Sequence record: NC_027402.1
Reading direction: 5' to 3' (one strand)
DNA length: 64,000 nucleotides
Position numbers and translations under genes: made by a program. Shown piece after piece: positions 52,807-62,886 of the stretch (its first letter is position 1; each line of letters opens with the position of its first letter). The notes under the pieces are model-generated. The model saw nothing but the letters and a program-made list of their open reading frames with translations, did not search any database and was not told the DNA's origin.

Positions 52807-53238
52807 GTGAACGTAATCAAAAAGCTGAACGGCGATACTTTCCATGCTCTGATGCCGAAGGGTGCACGCATTCGGATAAACAACAAAAACAAACCCTATA
52901 AGACGGACTACACGTTCGACACCACCGACCACGCATTCGGTATCTGCGACGAAGGGACGAACGATGTCAAATGGATTATCGTGGTATACGAAACGTCTAG
53001 TGGGTATAAGTTCTGGGATGCCTATGAACTGCAGAAGGGCTATTGGTGGTATGTCAGTTGGGAAGCTTTCAATGACAAGGTATCTTATTCGTGGAACGAC
53101 TTCCCGCACTTTTGCTGGGATAGTTGGTTTCATGATTGCGGGGATAAGATTTCTGATCTTGTCCAGGAACTCTACAAACACTACAAAGAACACAATGGAA
53201 ACTTCGTCTATCCTGAATGGGAGCAGTCGAAGTCGTGA
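52807..53238 (+). CDS. Trp/Tyr-rich hypothetical protein (143 aa)
   Basis: SD GAGGA, GTG start. Confidence 0.7.
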   Translation: MNVIKKLNGDTFHALMPKGARIRINNKNKPYKTDYTFDTTDHAFGICDEGTNDVKWIIVVYETSSGYKFWDAYELQKGYWWYVSWEAFNDKVSYSWNDFPHFCWDSWFHDCGDKISDLVQELYKHYKEHNGNFVYPEWEQSKS

Positions 53239-53244
53239 AGAAAA

Positions 53245-53290
53245 GGGAGCTTCGGCTCCCCTTCTTTTTTTGTTTCCTTTTCTTTTTTTG
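53245..53290 (+). terminator. Intrinsic terminator (UUCG loop)
   Basis: GGGAGC-ttcg-GCTCCC then long T-rich tract. Confidence 0.85.
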
Positions 53291-53392
53291 TTTGCTCTTG
53301 TTCAGATTCTGGTACGCACTACGCTTTTAATATGCTGGCAGGGGGTCTAAAAATCTTACGACCTCAATAATCCCTTAACTCGAGTTAACGCG

Positions 53393-54190
53393 ATGTCTTT
53401 TACTTCAAAACAGAATCTGCTAAAACTCATCAACGAAGAGAATAAGATAAGCCCACCGCTTACCTTTGACGATGTTGATATCGGACTGCCGGAGGTTGTG
53501 TCAGTAGACGGTCGTGATTCGGAGGTGGTACTAACCTCGAAAATGCGCGGTGATGAAGGTACGCAAGTGATTGTGGACTATCATCGTCGTCCATTAGAGG
53601 ACTACCTTACAGGCGATGTTGCCTTTGGCGATGAAGATGTGCATACCACGCACGACTTACTCGCGGCGATTAACGAGCGTTTTAATCTGTCTATCTTACC
53701 TGAGGATATCGAAGATAACCCCATTGATGGACAGACGCACACAGTCGTTGCTGTTGAAACTTCCCACGAGTGGCGAAGTCAAGCGGTCATCGAGCTGAAA
53801 CCTGCTACACCTCTGGCAGAAGTAGTAACCAATACAGAGTTGAGCGGTCTTCTGTACCCGGATCACCAGGACATCCAGTTGGGTCAGGCGTATATCTATT
53901 CGCGTGACATCGATTGTAGCCACATCTCTCGTTTCCTGAGCCTCTTAGCGGTCGGTATCGAGGTAGATGACACGGCGTTGGCAATCGAACTCAACAAATG
54001 TGTTCCTGAGATTTGGGTAGCTGAAGATACCCCATCCCCGTATAACCTGCGTGGTGCCACTGTCGTATTCGACGGCGTACCTGCAGACTTGCCGGGAGCA
54101 AATACGGCGTTCGCGAAAGTCGTGTCAGTGCAACTGACCGATAAATGTACGAACTTCCAGGGCAGCCTCAACCTACACTTTAACAACTAG
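53393..54190 (+). CDS. Tail/fibre-type virion paralog (N-anchor plus C-domain type 1)
   Basis: VDYHRRPL...INERFNLSILPEDI; LSGLLYP; ends LNLHFNN. Confidence 0.75.
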   Translation: MSFTSKQNLLKLINEENKISPPLTFDDVDIGLPEVVSVDGRDSEVVLTSKMRGDEGTQVIVDYHRRPLEDYLTGDVAFGDEDVHTTHDLLAAINERFNLSILPEDIEDNPIDGQTHTVVAVETSHEWRSQAVIELKPATPLAEVVTNTELSGLLYPDHQDIQLGQAYIYSRDIDCSHISRFLSLLAVGIEVDDTALAIELNKCVPEIWVAEDTPSPYNLRGATVVFDGVPADLPGANTAFAKVVSVQLTDKCTNFQGSLNLHFNN

Positions 54191-54200
54191 GAGGGTATAG

Positions 54201-55043
54201 GTGTCTATTTACGATAAGCCCTCGAAAGAGATGTTGTTAGATGCTATTAACCGACAGAACGGATTAACGGCCAATCCACTCACATGGGAGCAGGTTGCAA
54301 CTGGCTTCCCTGAGTCTGTCCAAACGCCTGGCGCTGACCGGAATACGCGTGTGCTCTTATACGGGTTGAACGGCAAGGGCTACAAAGGCAACGTTACGCT
54401 CGAATACGACCGTATCGAAATGGAAATTCTGTTCAGGAACGTAATACCGGTAGTCGTTGCCGACCCGGTAAATAAACTCTCTGAGTTGTTGCCGTTTCTG
54501 AATGCGAAATACGGCTTGTCTTTAGTTGCCGACGACATCGTTGACCAGTCAGTAAAAGATTTGGGAGAAAGCTGGTTAATCGATGTGACTATTAAGCCCG
54601 GTTGCTTGGCCTGGCAAGGTGGTTTCCGTTTACGCTTTGCGAAGTTCTTCCCGAACTTGGCGGATGTGGTGACGGATGTTGACCTCAGCGCAATTATCGC
54701 GCCGTTCGTGGTTGCTAGTAAACCACAGGCTGAGTATGTGGCGTATGGTTACGATTGGACTGAACTGCAAAAACAGTTCACTACCGATTGGGCTTACAAC
54801 CGCGCAATCACCGCGGCGGATGTTGAATTGCTGAACGAAGTGGTGCCATTAAAGTTTGCATATGTGACGGGGGCGGCTGCGCAACCTGAACAAATTGCAC
54901 TCCAAGGTGCGCGATTTATGGGGATAACTTCAGTCACACCGAACGATAGTTACAACCCCGATTATCAGCGTGTGGCGATTATCAAGCTAGCTGCGGACAG
55001 CAACTACGCCGGTAATCTCATCCTTCACTATCTCCCGATATAA
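54201..55043 (+). CDS. Tail/fibre-type virion paralog
   Basis: RNT...LEYDRI...LNAKYGLSLVADDI; ends LILHYLPI. Confidence 0.75.
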   Translation: MSIYDKPSKEMLLDAINRQNGLTANPLTWEQVATGFPESVQTPGADRNTRVLLYGLNGKGYKGNVTLEYDRIEMEILFRNVIPVVVADPVNKLSELLPFLNAKYGLSLVADDIVDQSVKDLGESWLIDVTIKPGCLAWQGGFRLRFAKFFPNLADVVTDVDLSAIIAPFVVASKPQAEYVAYGYDWTELQKQFTTDWAYNRAITAADVELLNEVVPLKFAYVTGAAAQPEQIALQGARFMGITSVTPNDSYNPDYQRVAIIKLAADSNYAGNLILHYLPI

Positions 55044-55053
55044 GGATTTTGAC

Positions 55054-55899
55054 ATGCCACTTTTAGCCACTGCTGAAAAGATTATTATCGCGGAGGTTAA
55101 CGTCGAAAACGATCTCGATTTAAAAGTCGAAGATGTGGTTTTCGGTGTCCCTGCGATTCCGACGTCTGACGAAGACCTGGCAAAAGCCAATGGTCATAAC
55201 GCGATGGTGCGCATTCAGGCTTTGGCCACCGCTAATGCTATCGGTGCCACCACCGTGTATTACGATCGTGTTGACTTCGCAGACATGTTTACCGACCCAG
55301 ACGGGATTCAACCTCTACGTGTTCCTGCACGTCTCGACGCTGTTTACCAGATGCATGACGTGGTCGGGTTAATTAACCAGTATTACGGTCTCAGCCTTAA
55401 ACCCGCAGATGTGGTGAATACCGAAATCGACAGGAAGACATGGCGTGTGGATCTGATTGCCACGCCCACTTCTTTAGGTTGGATAGGGCAACAACAGGTA
55501 CAGCTGTTACCAGGCGATGCGTTGCTTCCTGCAAACTTCGAACCCTTAACAGTGACACCTTACGAGTATCCGTATTTTAACATCAAGGTCGGTCAAGGTG
55601 CAGTTTATTCGTATCCCTGGCGCTTTGATAATTTCGCGGAGGAATTTCAACGACTAGGTGCTGCGATAACCGCAGAACGTCTGGCACAGATTCTCAAAAC
55701 GGTCACCGGTGATAACTGGACAACGTACCGTAACCCAATCGACTTTAACCTTCGTGAAGCCGTCGTCGTCTATAACGGGCGTAACAAAGCGGAATTACCA
55801 ACCAACCCAGCAGTCGACAACGTGCTGATTGTGGAGCTGTCGTTGTACTGTCTGAATTTTGGCGGGCGTTTGTATTTGCACTACAACGACCCTGATTAA
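55054..55899 (+). CDS. Tail/fibre-type virion paralog
   Basis: TVYYDRV...INQYYGLSLKPADV; ends LYLHYNDPD. Confidence 0.75.
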   Translation: MPLLATAEKIIIAEVNVENDLDLKVEDVVFGVPAIPTSDEDLAKANGHNAMVRIQALATANAIGATTVYYDRVDFADMFTDPDGIQPLRVPARLDAVYQMHDVVGLINQYYGLSLKPADVVNTEIDRKTWRVDLIATPTSLGWIGQQQVQLLPGDALLPANFEPLTVTPYEYPYFNIKVGQGAVYSYPWRFDNFAEEFQRLGAAITAERLAQILKTVTGDNWTTYRNPIDFNLREAVVVYNGRNKAELPTNPAVDNVLIVELSLYCLNFGGRLYLHYNDPD

Positions 55900-55920
55900 T
55901 CCTGAGTAAAGGAAGTAAGA

Positions 55921-56832
55921 ATGAAACCTTTAAACAAAACGTCCGATCAGCTGGTTCTGGATTTTATTAATGAGAAAAACCCAGACGCAGAACTGGAACT
56001 TTCTAAAATAACGCTCGGCACACCGACCCCTATTGTCGATGGAGGTGCCGATCGCAATACCAGCATGACCCTGACTGCGAAAAAGAACTCCGGGTACATC
56101 GGTACTCAGGACGTGACTTATAATCGCCTGGAAGGCAGTGCGCTGTTCCGTAACGTAACGGCATACCTCGACGTTAAACTGCCGAAAACCACCACAGACC
56201 TGCTGACGACCCTGAACACCCAATACGGATTGAAGCTGACCGAAGACGATATCGTTCCGGCGGCTATTCCGGAAAATACCAACCCGCCGCTGACTAACCC
56301 GAACGATCCGGACCCAGCACCGGTTGACCATGTCATTACCTTCAAAGAAGACTGCTACGCTTATCTGGGCAGCATCCCGGTTAAAATCGGTGCTAAGCCT
56401 CAGGTTGGTGAACGTCTGAGTCTGGTGGTAACACAAACCAAGCTCGACGGCCTGGTTTACCCAGATGGTCCAAGCGAAGCGAAGGGTCAGGGCTACATCT
56501 ACTCTTACGGTGTAGACTGCACAGCAATCGCAGCATTCCTGAAAGTACAGACGAAAGGTGTTATCGCTGGCGACTCTGCATTCCCGGTTGAGCTGAATAA
56601 AGTTGTGCCGGAACTGTGGGTTGCATCTGATGAGCCTGCGGATTATAACCTGAAAGGTGCTAACGTGTTGTACGTTGGTTCTACTGCTGACGACGGCACC
56701 GCTTCAGGCGACGATCCTAAGAAACCGGTTGAAGGTGCAAACACTGCTTACAACCAGGTTCTGCTGCTGCAGCTGGATGACACTCTGTGCACCAACTTCC
56801 AGGGCGTCATGTACCTGCACTTTAATGCCTAA
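55921..56832 (+). CDS. Tail/fibre-type virion paralog
   Basis: RNT...VTYNRL...LNTQYGLKLTEDDI; LDGLVYP; ends MYLHFNA. Confidence 0.75.
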   Translation: MKPLNKTSDQLVLDFINEKNPDAELELSKITLGTPTPIVDGGADRNTSMTLTAKKNSGYIGTQDVTYNRLEGSALFRNVTAYLDVKLPKTTTDLLTTLNTQYGLKLTEDDIVPAAIPENTNPPLTNPNDPDPAPVDHVITFKEDCYAYLGSIPVKIGAKPQVGERLSLVVTQTKLDGLVYPDGPSEAKGQGYIYSYGVDCTAIAAFLKVQTKGVIAGDSAFPVELNKVVPELWVASDEPADYNLKGANVLYVGSTADDGTASGDDPKKPVEGANTAYNQVLLLQLDDTLCTNFQGVMYLHFNA

Positions 56833-56845
56833 TTAGGCCTCGCTG

Positions 56846-56885
56846 GGAGGAGGAAATCCTCCTCCTGGCTACTCCTTTCTTTTTT
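56846..56885 (+). terminator. Probable terminator/attenuator within tail cluster
   Basis: GGAGGAGG-aaat-CCTCCTCC then T-rich. Confidence 0.55.
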
Positions 56886-56901
56886 GGCCGAGGAGGCTAT
56901 T

Positions 56902-57741
56902 ATGGCTTTATATAGTCTGTCTCAGCGACAATATCTGTACGATGCGATTAATGCCGAAAACCCGGATGCTGTTCTACCGATGGGTTTAGACAATGCTATC
57001 ATCGGTACGCCGAAAGCAATCACACCGACAGCAAGCGGTGCCAATACTGAGATTATCATTCGTGGTCGTCAAGGTCGTGGCTATATCGGTCCTCAGACGT
57101 TCCGTTATAAGCGCTTGTCGCTGAACGACTTATTTAAGAACATGACACCTCAGGTAACTGCACCGAATGCCTACGGTTGGTTGAACGTGGAGTCGAAACG
57201 TACTGCGTTTGCGCAGAACCTGAACGGTCGTTATGGATTAAACCTGGTTGCAGACGATATCCCAGAACAATACGTTTATCTGAACGTAAACAACACGATG
57301 CGTATTAACGCTAGCTGTATCCAATACACTGGCAGCATCACCTTTATGTCTATCCGGGGTAAGAATAGTCTCGAAGACCTCGTGGTAAACGACATCTTGT
57401 CGTCTTTGAACCACCCTGCAGCAGCAAGCACTGGTAAGAAATACATGGGCTTCTTGACGTACGGGGAAGACTTTACCGATGAAGTGCAGGTTATGGCCTC
57501 GTTTAAGAACGGGCGAATGGATGTAGGAAGTAACTTTGATTTGGGTTACACGTCCAATCTGATGGCCACATTGGTCGCACGTGGGGTACCGTCGTTTGAT
57601 CCGACGAACTGCACAATTACCCGCTACAAAACGAGTGAGTTGGCGACCGCCAATAAAGCGTACGATAACGTATTGCTGATTACCGGCATTCAGAACGACC
57701 CGAAAGTAATCGGCGAGTGTATGTTGCACTACAACAACTAG
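56902..57741 (+). CDS. Tail/fibre-type virion paralog
   Basis: SD AGGAGG; FRYKRLSL...LNGRYGLNLVADDI; ends CMLHYNN. Confidence 0.75.
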   Translation: MALYSLSQRQYLYDAINAENPDAVLPMGLDNAIIGTPKAITPTASGANTEIIIRGRQGRGYIGPQTFRYKRLSLNDLFKNMTPQVTAPNAYGWLNVESKRTAFAQNLNGRYGLNLVADDIPEQYVYLNVNNTMRINASCIQYTGSITFMSIRGKNSLEDLVVNDILSSLNHPAAASTGKKYMGFLTYGEDFTDEVQVMASFKNGRMDVGSNFDLGYTSNLMATLVARGVPSFDPTNCTITRYKTSELATANKAYDNVLLITGIQNDPKVIGECMLHYNN

Positions 57742-57751
57742 GAATTAGCGA

Positions 57752-58639
57752 ATGGCTATTTATCAACCTTCTAAAGACGTCCTGTTGGCAGCAGTGAACG
57801 CACAGAACTCGCTTGCTGTTAAGATGACTGACATCATCTGGTCCTCGCCAAAGGACATCCGTGGTACGGAAAAGGAAACGCTGACTAACCGTAACACGCA
57901 AATTAAAATTACGGCAGATGGGGTAACGGGCTCTACCTGGTCGGGTAAGAAAAATGTCTTCTACAACCGCATGAAAGTCGAAGACTTGTTAGTGCTGATT
58001 GGTGACACATTGGCGATCGGCCCATCCAACGAAACCTTGTATGCGGCCATTCCTGGACTGAACCAACGTTACGGTTTTGTTCTGGAAGAAGCTGACCTGC
58101 AGGACGCAGATATCGAGTGGAACGGTGATAAGACCGAAGGAACTGTGCGCGTTGTTGCACATCCAGAGTCTATCGGCTGGGTTGGACAGGCGACATTTAA
58201 AGTCGTGAAAGGCGATGAGTCGTTAGTCTCTGCAGTCACCACTAACGTCTTGACCGGTCTGAAATACCCGAACGGTCAGATGGGTTCCGAAACCGTTACT
58301 GCGGTCATTGCAGAGGTTTATTCCTACCCGTACAACTTCACTAAGTACCGAGATGCTCTGCTGGCATACAAGCCGGGTATTCTGTCTGGACAGCCGTTAA
58401 CGGATATGGTTAACCTGCTGAAAGATATCACGGGTACTGCATGGGTAGCGACCACTTCCGCTTCCTACGGTTTGGCGGGCGCGGAGGTTGTCAGTGTTGG
58501 TCTGAATGACCCTGTTGCAATGCCGACAAACGCGAAGTACAAGTATGCGCTGGTGTTGAAACTGCCTGTTACCTGTACCACCATCGCCGGAACGTTGTAT
58601 CTCCAGTTCAACGATCTGGACGATCCAAGCGAGGTATAA
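57752..58639 (+). CDS. Tail/fibre-type virion paralog
   Basis: RNT...VFYNRM...LNQRYGFVLEEADL; LTGLKYP. Confidence 0.75.
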   Translation: MAIYQPSKDVLLAAVNAQNSLAVKMTDIIWSSPKDIRGTEKETLTNRNTQIKITADGVTGSTWSGKKNVFYNRMKVEDLLVLIGDTLAIGPSNETLYAAIPGLNQRYGFVLEEADLQDADIEWNGDKTEGTVRVVAHPESIGWVGQATFKVVKGDESLVSAVTTNVLTGLKYPNGQMGSETVTAVIAEVYSYPYNFTKYRDALLAYKPGILSGQPLTDMVNLLKDITGTAWVATTSASYGLAGAEVVSVGLNDPVAMPTNAKYKYALVLKLPVTCTTIAGTLYLQFNDLDDPSEV

Positions 58640-58642
58640 TTG

Positions 58643-59470
58643 ATGATCAACTATGCTAAGCCGTCAAACGAGTTGGTCTTTGACCTCATTAACCGGGATA
58701 ACCCAAACCTACCTATTAAAGCGTCGCCGGCAAACTGCTACGTGGAGAAAGTGACACAGGTTCCCGTTAATGCAGCTTCCAACAACCGCAATACGTCGGC
58801 ACGCTTGCGCGGTATTCAGGGTTCCGGATTTCGAGACGCAATCACCGTTTACTACGACCGTGTGAACTTAGCGCGGTTATTGCCGTGGGGTCCTTCTGTC
58901 CAGGCGCAGTTCGTCACTTTTGATGCGCCCAACCTCCACTCAGCCTTTTCGGTGCTCTTGGATACTTACGGAGTAAACTTCTCTGCAATCGATATCTATA
59001 ACCTCCCACTGGCGGGTCCCAATACCCCAAATTACACCAATACACAGAACATCGTAGCGCTATCGACATCTCCGGCTTATATCGGTTCTGCGACGTTGCG
59101 TTATAACCGTGGTTTACCGGTACTAGACACTTCGGTGAAATCGGATGTCTTGAATGCGATTCAAGAGCCTATTTCACCGTCTCTCGGTAAGAAGTGTATT
59201 GATTTGTTGACGTACGGTATTGACTTTACCGCGTATAAAAACCTACTGACAGTAGATGCTTCTGGCCTACCGCAGTGGGCTGGTTTGCGTAAGGTGTTGG
59301 ATGACCTGGGTATTCCGAACTACGCGGGGCCACTGAACAGTAACACCGTTCAGGATGTGCCGACATCCACCGCACAGTTCGCTAACAAATCGTACGACCG
59401 CGTGGTTATCCAAACGGGTATCGATGAGGAAGGCGTGAAAGGCGTGGCGTACTACCACTATAACAGCTAA
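58643..59470 (+). CDS. Tail/fibre-type virion paralog
   Basis: RNT...TVYYDRV...TYGVNFSAIDI; ends AYYHYNS. Confidence 0.75.
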   Translation: MINYAKPSNELVFDLINRDNPNLPIKASPANCYVEKVTQVPVNAASNNRNTSARLRGIQGSGFRDAITVYYDRVNLARLLPWGPSVQAQFVTFDAPNLHSAFSVLLDTYGVNFSAIDIYNLPLAGPNTPNYTNTQNIVALSTSPAYIGSATLRYNRGLPVLDTSVKSDVLNAIQEPISPSLGKKCIDLLTYGIDFTAYKNLLTVDASGLPQWAGLRKVLDDLGIPNYAGPLNSNTVQDVPTSTAQFANKSYDRVVIQTGIDEEGVKGVAYYHYNS

Positions 59471-59475
59471 GTGTA

Positions 59476-59500
59476 GGGGCTCTTCGGAGCCCCCTCTTTT
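59476..59500 (+). terminator. Intrinsic terminator (UUCG loop)
   Basis: GGGGCTC-ttcg-GAGCCCC then CTCTTTT. Confidence 0.75.
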
Positions 59501-59517
59501 GGCGATGCGGAGTCCCT

Positions 59518-60930
59518 ATGCTATTTTACTCGAAGGAGTCGGCACTGCTTGTATACGACCAAGTCAATCGGGATAACCCTGATTTAGTTGTTAAGCTGAC
59601 GCCGGCTATCGCTGCTTTAACCAGTGGCCCAACTTCAGTTACGTTAAACCAACGTAACACCAAAGCTGTTTTCACCGGGTATCCAGGGACAGGTGTACAA
59701 GGTAATGTTACCGTGTACTACGACCGGATTAACCTGGCCACTTTATTTAATTTTGTGCCGACTGTGGCTATCAAAGATACAGTCTTAACGGTACGAGACG
59801 CGCTACCTGCAATAAACGACGCATTGGGGCTTACATTAGTTGCTTCTGATTTGCAGTTACCTGACGCAAGTCTACCTAAACCGAGCGCTTCGCCGCAGAC
59901 GCTGAAATTAAATATTTCAGGTAATTGCCCTGCGTTTACAGGCAGCTTAACGATACGTTATACCGTCCCGAGCGGTGCAATTTACCCCGATTCTGGACCT
60001 GGCCCTAAAACGTTGCTGCAAGGTAACACTATCGCGGGTTATTTCGGAACAACCAGAACTGCAGAGTTGTTTACACACTCTCAACTTCTTAATGCCACTA
60101 TATCGGCCGGTGCGTTACCACCGGTACATTCTGGTGCCGAAGGTTGGTACAAGTTCTTTTACCAGGGTAGGGTTATTTACCTCCCGATCAGTCCTGTCGC
60201 TAGCTCCATCTCCTGGAATACGTTATATACAAACGGACTCGTTTACGGAACAGATGATAATGGTAAATACCCTGCGGCGACGCCCGTTAACCAGGGACGC
60301 ATCATTAGCTTTACAGGCGCAGACAACAAAAGGTTTTACTTCCGTGTTCGTCTACCTAGTGCCGGGAAAGACCCATACGTCAGCGGCACCCCAACTGCCG
60401 CTGAGTTAGCAGGTAGTGAGTTTGAGATGTTCAACTTTCTGTATAATGGAACGTGGGACAAACCGATTAACAGTTACTGGACGCTGTTCTGTTTATTGAA
60501 AGATACACTGAAGACCAACGTCGCCTATCATCGCATGGCGACGTTGTCTGGAGCAAGTTGGACAAACTTAGAAAAATCATCGAGTGCGGGCAACTACTAC
60601 TGGTTCCCGGTGCTGGAGTTGGTGGATAAGTCCACAGTTACCTTGGGTTTAGAAGATATCCACGGTACGGCAGATTACAGTCTCCAACCGTGCAGCGTGT
60701 CCGCAGAAAACACATTTAGTCTCAAGCCGTTAGTGCTCGGTAATCCGGATACTACCGATTTCGAACCGGTAGTTGTTGCTTCAGAAAACAGTTTCGCACT
60801 GCATCCGCCTGCTTTAATGCTGCCGAAGACAGTCGACTTCCAACCTATTGCGGCTACCGCTGAAATGTATACGCCCCCTGACAAGACAACGTTAACGTCT
60901 CTTAACGGTGAACTGGACGGCTTTAAGTAG
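59518..60930 (+). CDS. Tail/fibre-type virion protein (N-anchor plus GPGP domain plus repeat tail)
   Basis: TVYYDRI; SGPGPKTLLQGNTIAGYFG; two SENxFxLxP repeats; ends ELDGFK. Confidence 0.75.
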   Translation: MLFYSKESALLVYDQVNRDNPDLVVKLTPAIAALTSGPTSVTLNQRNTKAVFTGYPGTGVQGNVTVYYDRINLATLFNFVPTVAIKDTVLTVRDALPAINDALGLTLVASDLQLPDASLPKPSASPQTLKLNISGNCPAFTGSLTIRYTVPSGAIYPDSGPGPKTLLQGNTIAGYFGTTRTAELFTHSQLLNATISAGALPPVHSGAEGWYKFFYQGRVIYLPISPVASSISWNTLYTNGLVYGTDDNGKYPAATPVNQGRIISFTGADNKRFYFRVRLPSAGKDPYVSGTPTAAELAGSEFEMFNFLYNGTWDKPINSYWTLFCLLKDTLKTNVAYHRMATLSGASWTNLEKSSSAGNYYWFPVLELVDKSTVTLGLEDIHGTADYSLQPCSVSAENTFSLKPLVLGNPDTTDFEPVVVASENSFALHPPALMLPKTVDFQPIAATAEMYTPPDKTTLTSLNGELDGFK

Positions 60931-60941
60931 AGGTATCATCT

Positions 60942-61940
60942 ATGTCTTTTACTTTGCGTTGGAAAAATCCAAACGTAATCCCTACGGTAGTAAAAATCTA
61001 CCGTGATGTTAAAGATATCACACCAAGCGCTTTGCCTGAACCGATTGCAACGCTCTCAAATGGCGAGACAGAATGGCGTGATACCACCGCCACACCAGGC
61101 GCAACCTATTATTACCTTCTGACGGTAACCGCCAACGGTAAAACAGTGGCATCGTCTAGCCAGAAATATACCGTTGAGGTAAAACGCGGGATAGGCCCAA
61201 TGACTATTCTAAACGGTAACGACCGTTTAGGGTTTATGGGTGAGGTTCCTTACGACGAACAATGGCTTCCGTCGCAAATGCCACCTGCATTTTTGGCGAT
61301 GTTCCCTAATCTATTAACCGATCGCGTGGCGTTGTATAAATTTACCCGAAACGGGAAGATCTATTACATGCTATCTAACACGTCGCAGTTCCCGAATACG
61401 CCTGTGGACTGGGCTTCCCTCTATCAAGCTGGTTTAGTCTATGGTACGGGCGATGCTGGCCCAGAGAACGGCCATGGAACGCTACCGGCCACTCCACAAG
61501 ACGCTAAGATAGTCCACAAAGGGGATACGTACATCATGCGTCTTCCTCGCGGCCTGACGATGTCTAGCGAGCCTCCTGCGTATCCTTTCGTAGCTGACTA
61601 TAATGGGAAAACCCATGATGAAATCGCTTCTCTAACCAACCCGTGTGAGTATAACGATTTACTTTACACGATGGTTAACGAGGTGCCGTGGAAACAGCGT
61701 TGGGCTAACTGGGCAACGAACAGTTATACTTTTCTGGGGCAGGGTACTTTGGGAACCTTGGCAGCGTATTTCGGCGGTGGTGTTCTCTGTATGGAACACG
61801 ACACCGCGGAAGACCGTGTGCTCCATCGTGGTATCTTTAACAATGCCGGTGGAACACCCGTATCAGCGATTCAGCGTATAAACTATTTATCACCCACCAC
61901 GAAAGGGCGTTACTACCCTATCTTTGAACTGGTCGAGTAA
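60942..61940 (+). CDS. Virion protein (FN3-like N-domain plus GPGP-type domain)
   Basis: LRWKNPN...KIYR...YYYLLT; GIGPMTILNG..RLGFMGEV; ends YYPIFELVE. Confidence 0.7.
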   Translation: MSFTLRWKNPNVIPTVVKIYRDVKDITPSALPEPIATLSNGETEWRDTTATPGATYYYLLTVTANGKTVASSSQKYTVEVKRGIGPMTILNGNDRLGFMGEVPYDEQWLPSQMPPAFLAMFPNLLTDRVALYKFTRNGKIYYMLSNTSQFPNTPVDWASLYQAGLVYGTGDAGPENGHGTLPATPQDAKIVHKGDTYIMRLPRGLTMSSEPPAYPFVADYNGKTHDEIASLTNPCEYNDLLYTMVNEVPWKQRWANWATNSYTFLGQGTLGTLAAYFGGGVLCMEHDTAEDRVLHRGIFNNAGGTPVSAIQRINYLSPTTKGRYYPIFELVE

Positions 61941-61949
61941 GGGGCAGTC

Positions 61950-62873
61950 ATGACTATACGGTTAAGCTGGCCGTCCCAAGCCAGCAAAGGTCTTACCGCG
62001 ATTGAAATCTACCGCAAGGAAGGTTGGAACGCAACAATCGACGTTTACAATCCAGGCACACCCCACGCAACTTTATCAGGCAACGCGGTAGAGTTCGTAG
62101 ATAATATCGATACCCTGACGAAGAATACAACCTATCGTTATTGGGTAGCTGCTGTGAAGGACAGTGAACGACTTATCGGCAATCCGATTACGCAAGGATT
62201 CTATCCGGACACCGGGCCGGGTCCGCAAACAATCCTGCGCGGTGACTGGGCTTCAGGTTATTTCGGTACAGTACCGAATACAGAGTTCTTTAATACTGCC
62301 GAGTTAAAACTCATGTTAACTGCGCAGCAGGGAAACATGTTTGTCTACGACCCTCAGGAATGGCACAAGTTTATTTTCCGTGGGAGAATTGTCTTCTTCC
62401 CAGCGACGATGCATTCGAAAACCAACTCGGTACAAATGGCGTATCAGTACGGTATGATGTACGGGACCGATGATGACGGAAGTATTGTTCCGCTGGGAGC
62501 CACGGCGACTAAACAAGATTGTAAGGTCACGAAGGATGGTCGTACGTACCGTATCCGATTACCTTACGCAGTCCCGTACGACGCTGTTCTCTCAGGACAG
62601 GATTACAACAACGGTGAATGGCGAAACACAATGGGCCGTTTGTATCCTGTCGGTGCACAGTTCGCAGCCCTCGGTCTTGGTGCGATTGACTCACTTGCAA
62701 GACAAGGCGCGACTGCGCAGCCGAATGAGTCAGGTGCCGCTGTATTAGCTCCTTTGTGGAGCAACAACATATTCGCTTATGCGTATGGCACCGTGCCTAT
62801 GGGGATTAGTAACACCGCAGGTGTCGGGAACTCGGCCACGATATTCTTTGCTTTTGAATTAGTCTTACCGTAA
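61950..62873 (+). CDS. Virion protein (FN3-like N-domain plus GPGP domain)
   Basis: IRLSWP...EIYRK...YRYWV; TGPGPQTILRGDWASGYFG. Confidence 0.7.
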   Translation: MTIRLSWPSQASKGLTAIEIYRKEGWNATIDVYNPGTPHATLSGNAVEFVDNIDTLTKNTTYRYWVAAVKDSERLIGNPITQGFYPDTGPGPQTILRGDWASGYFGTVPNTEFFNTAELKLMLTAQQGNMFVYDPQEWHKFIFRGRIVFFPATMHSKTNSVQMAYQYGMMYGTDDDGSIVPLGATATKQDCKVTKDGRTYRIRLPYAVPYDAVLSGQDYNNGEWRNTMGRLYPVGAQFAALGLGAIDSLARQGATAQPNESGAAVLAPLWSNNIFAYAYGTVPMGISNTAGVGNSATIFFAFELVLP

Positions 62874-62886
62874 TGGAGTAAATACC

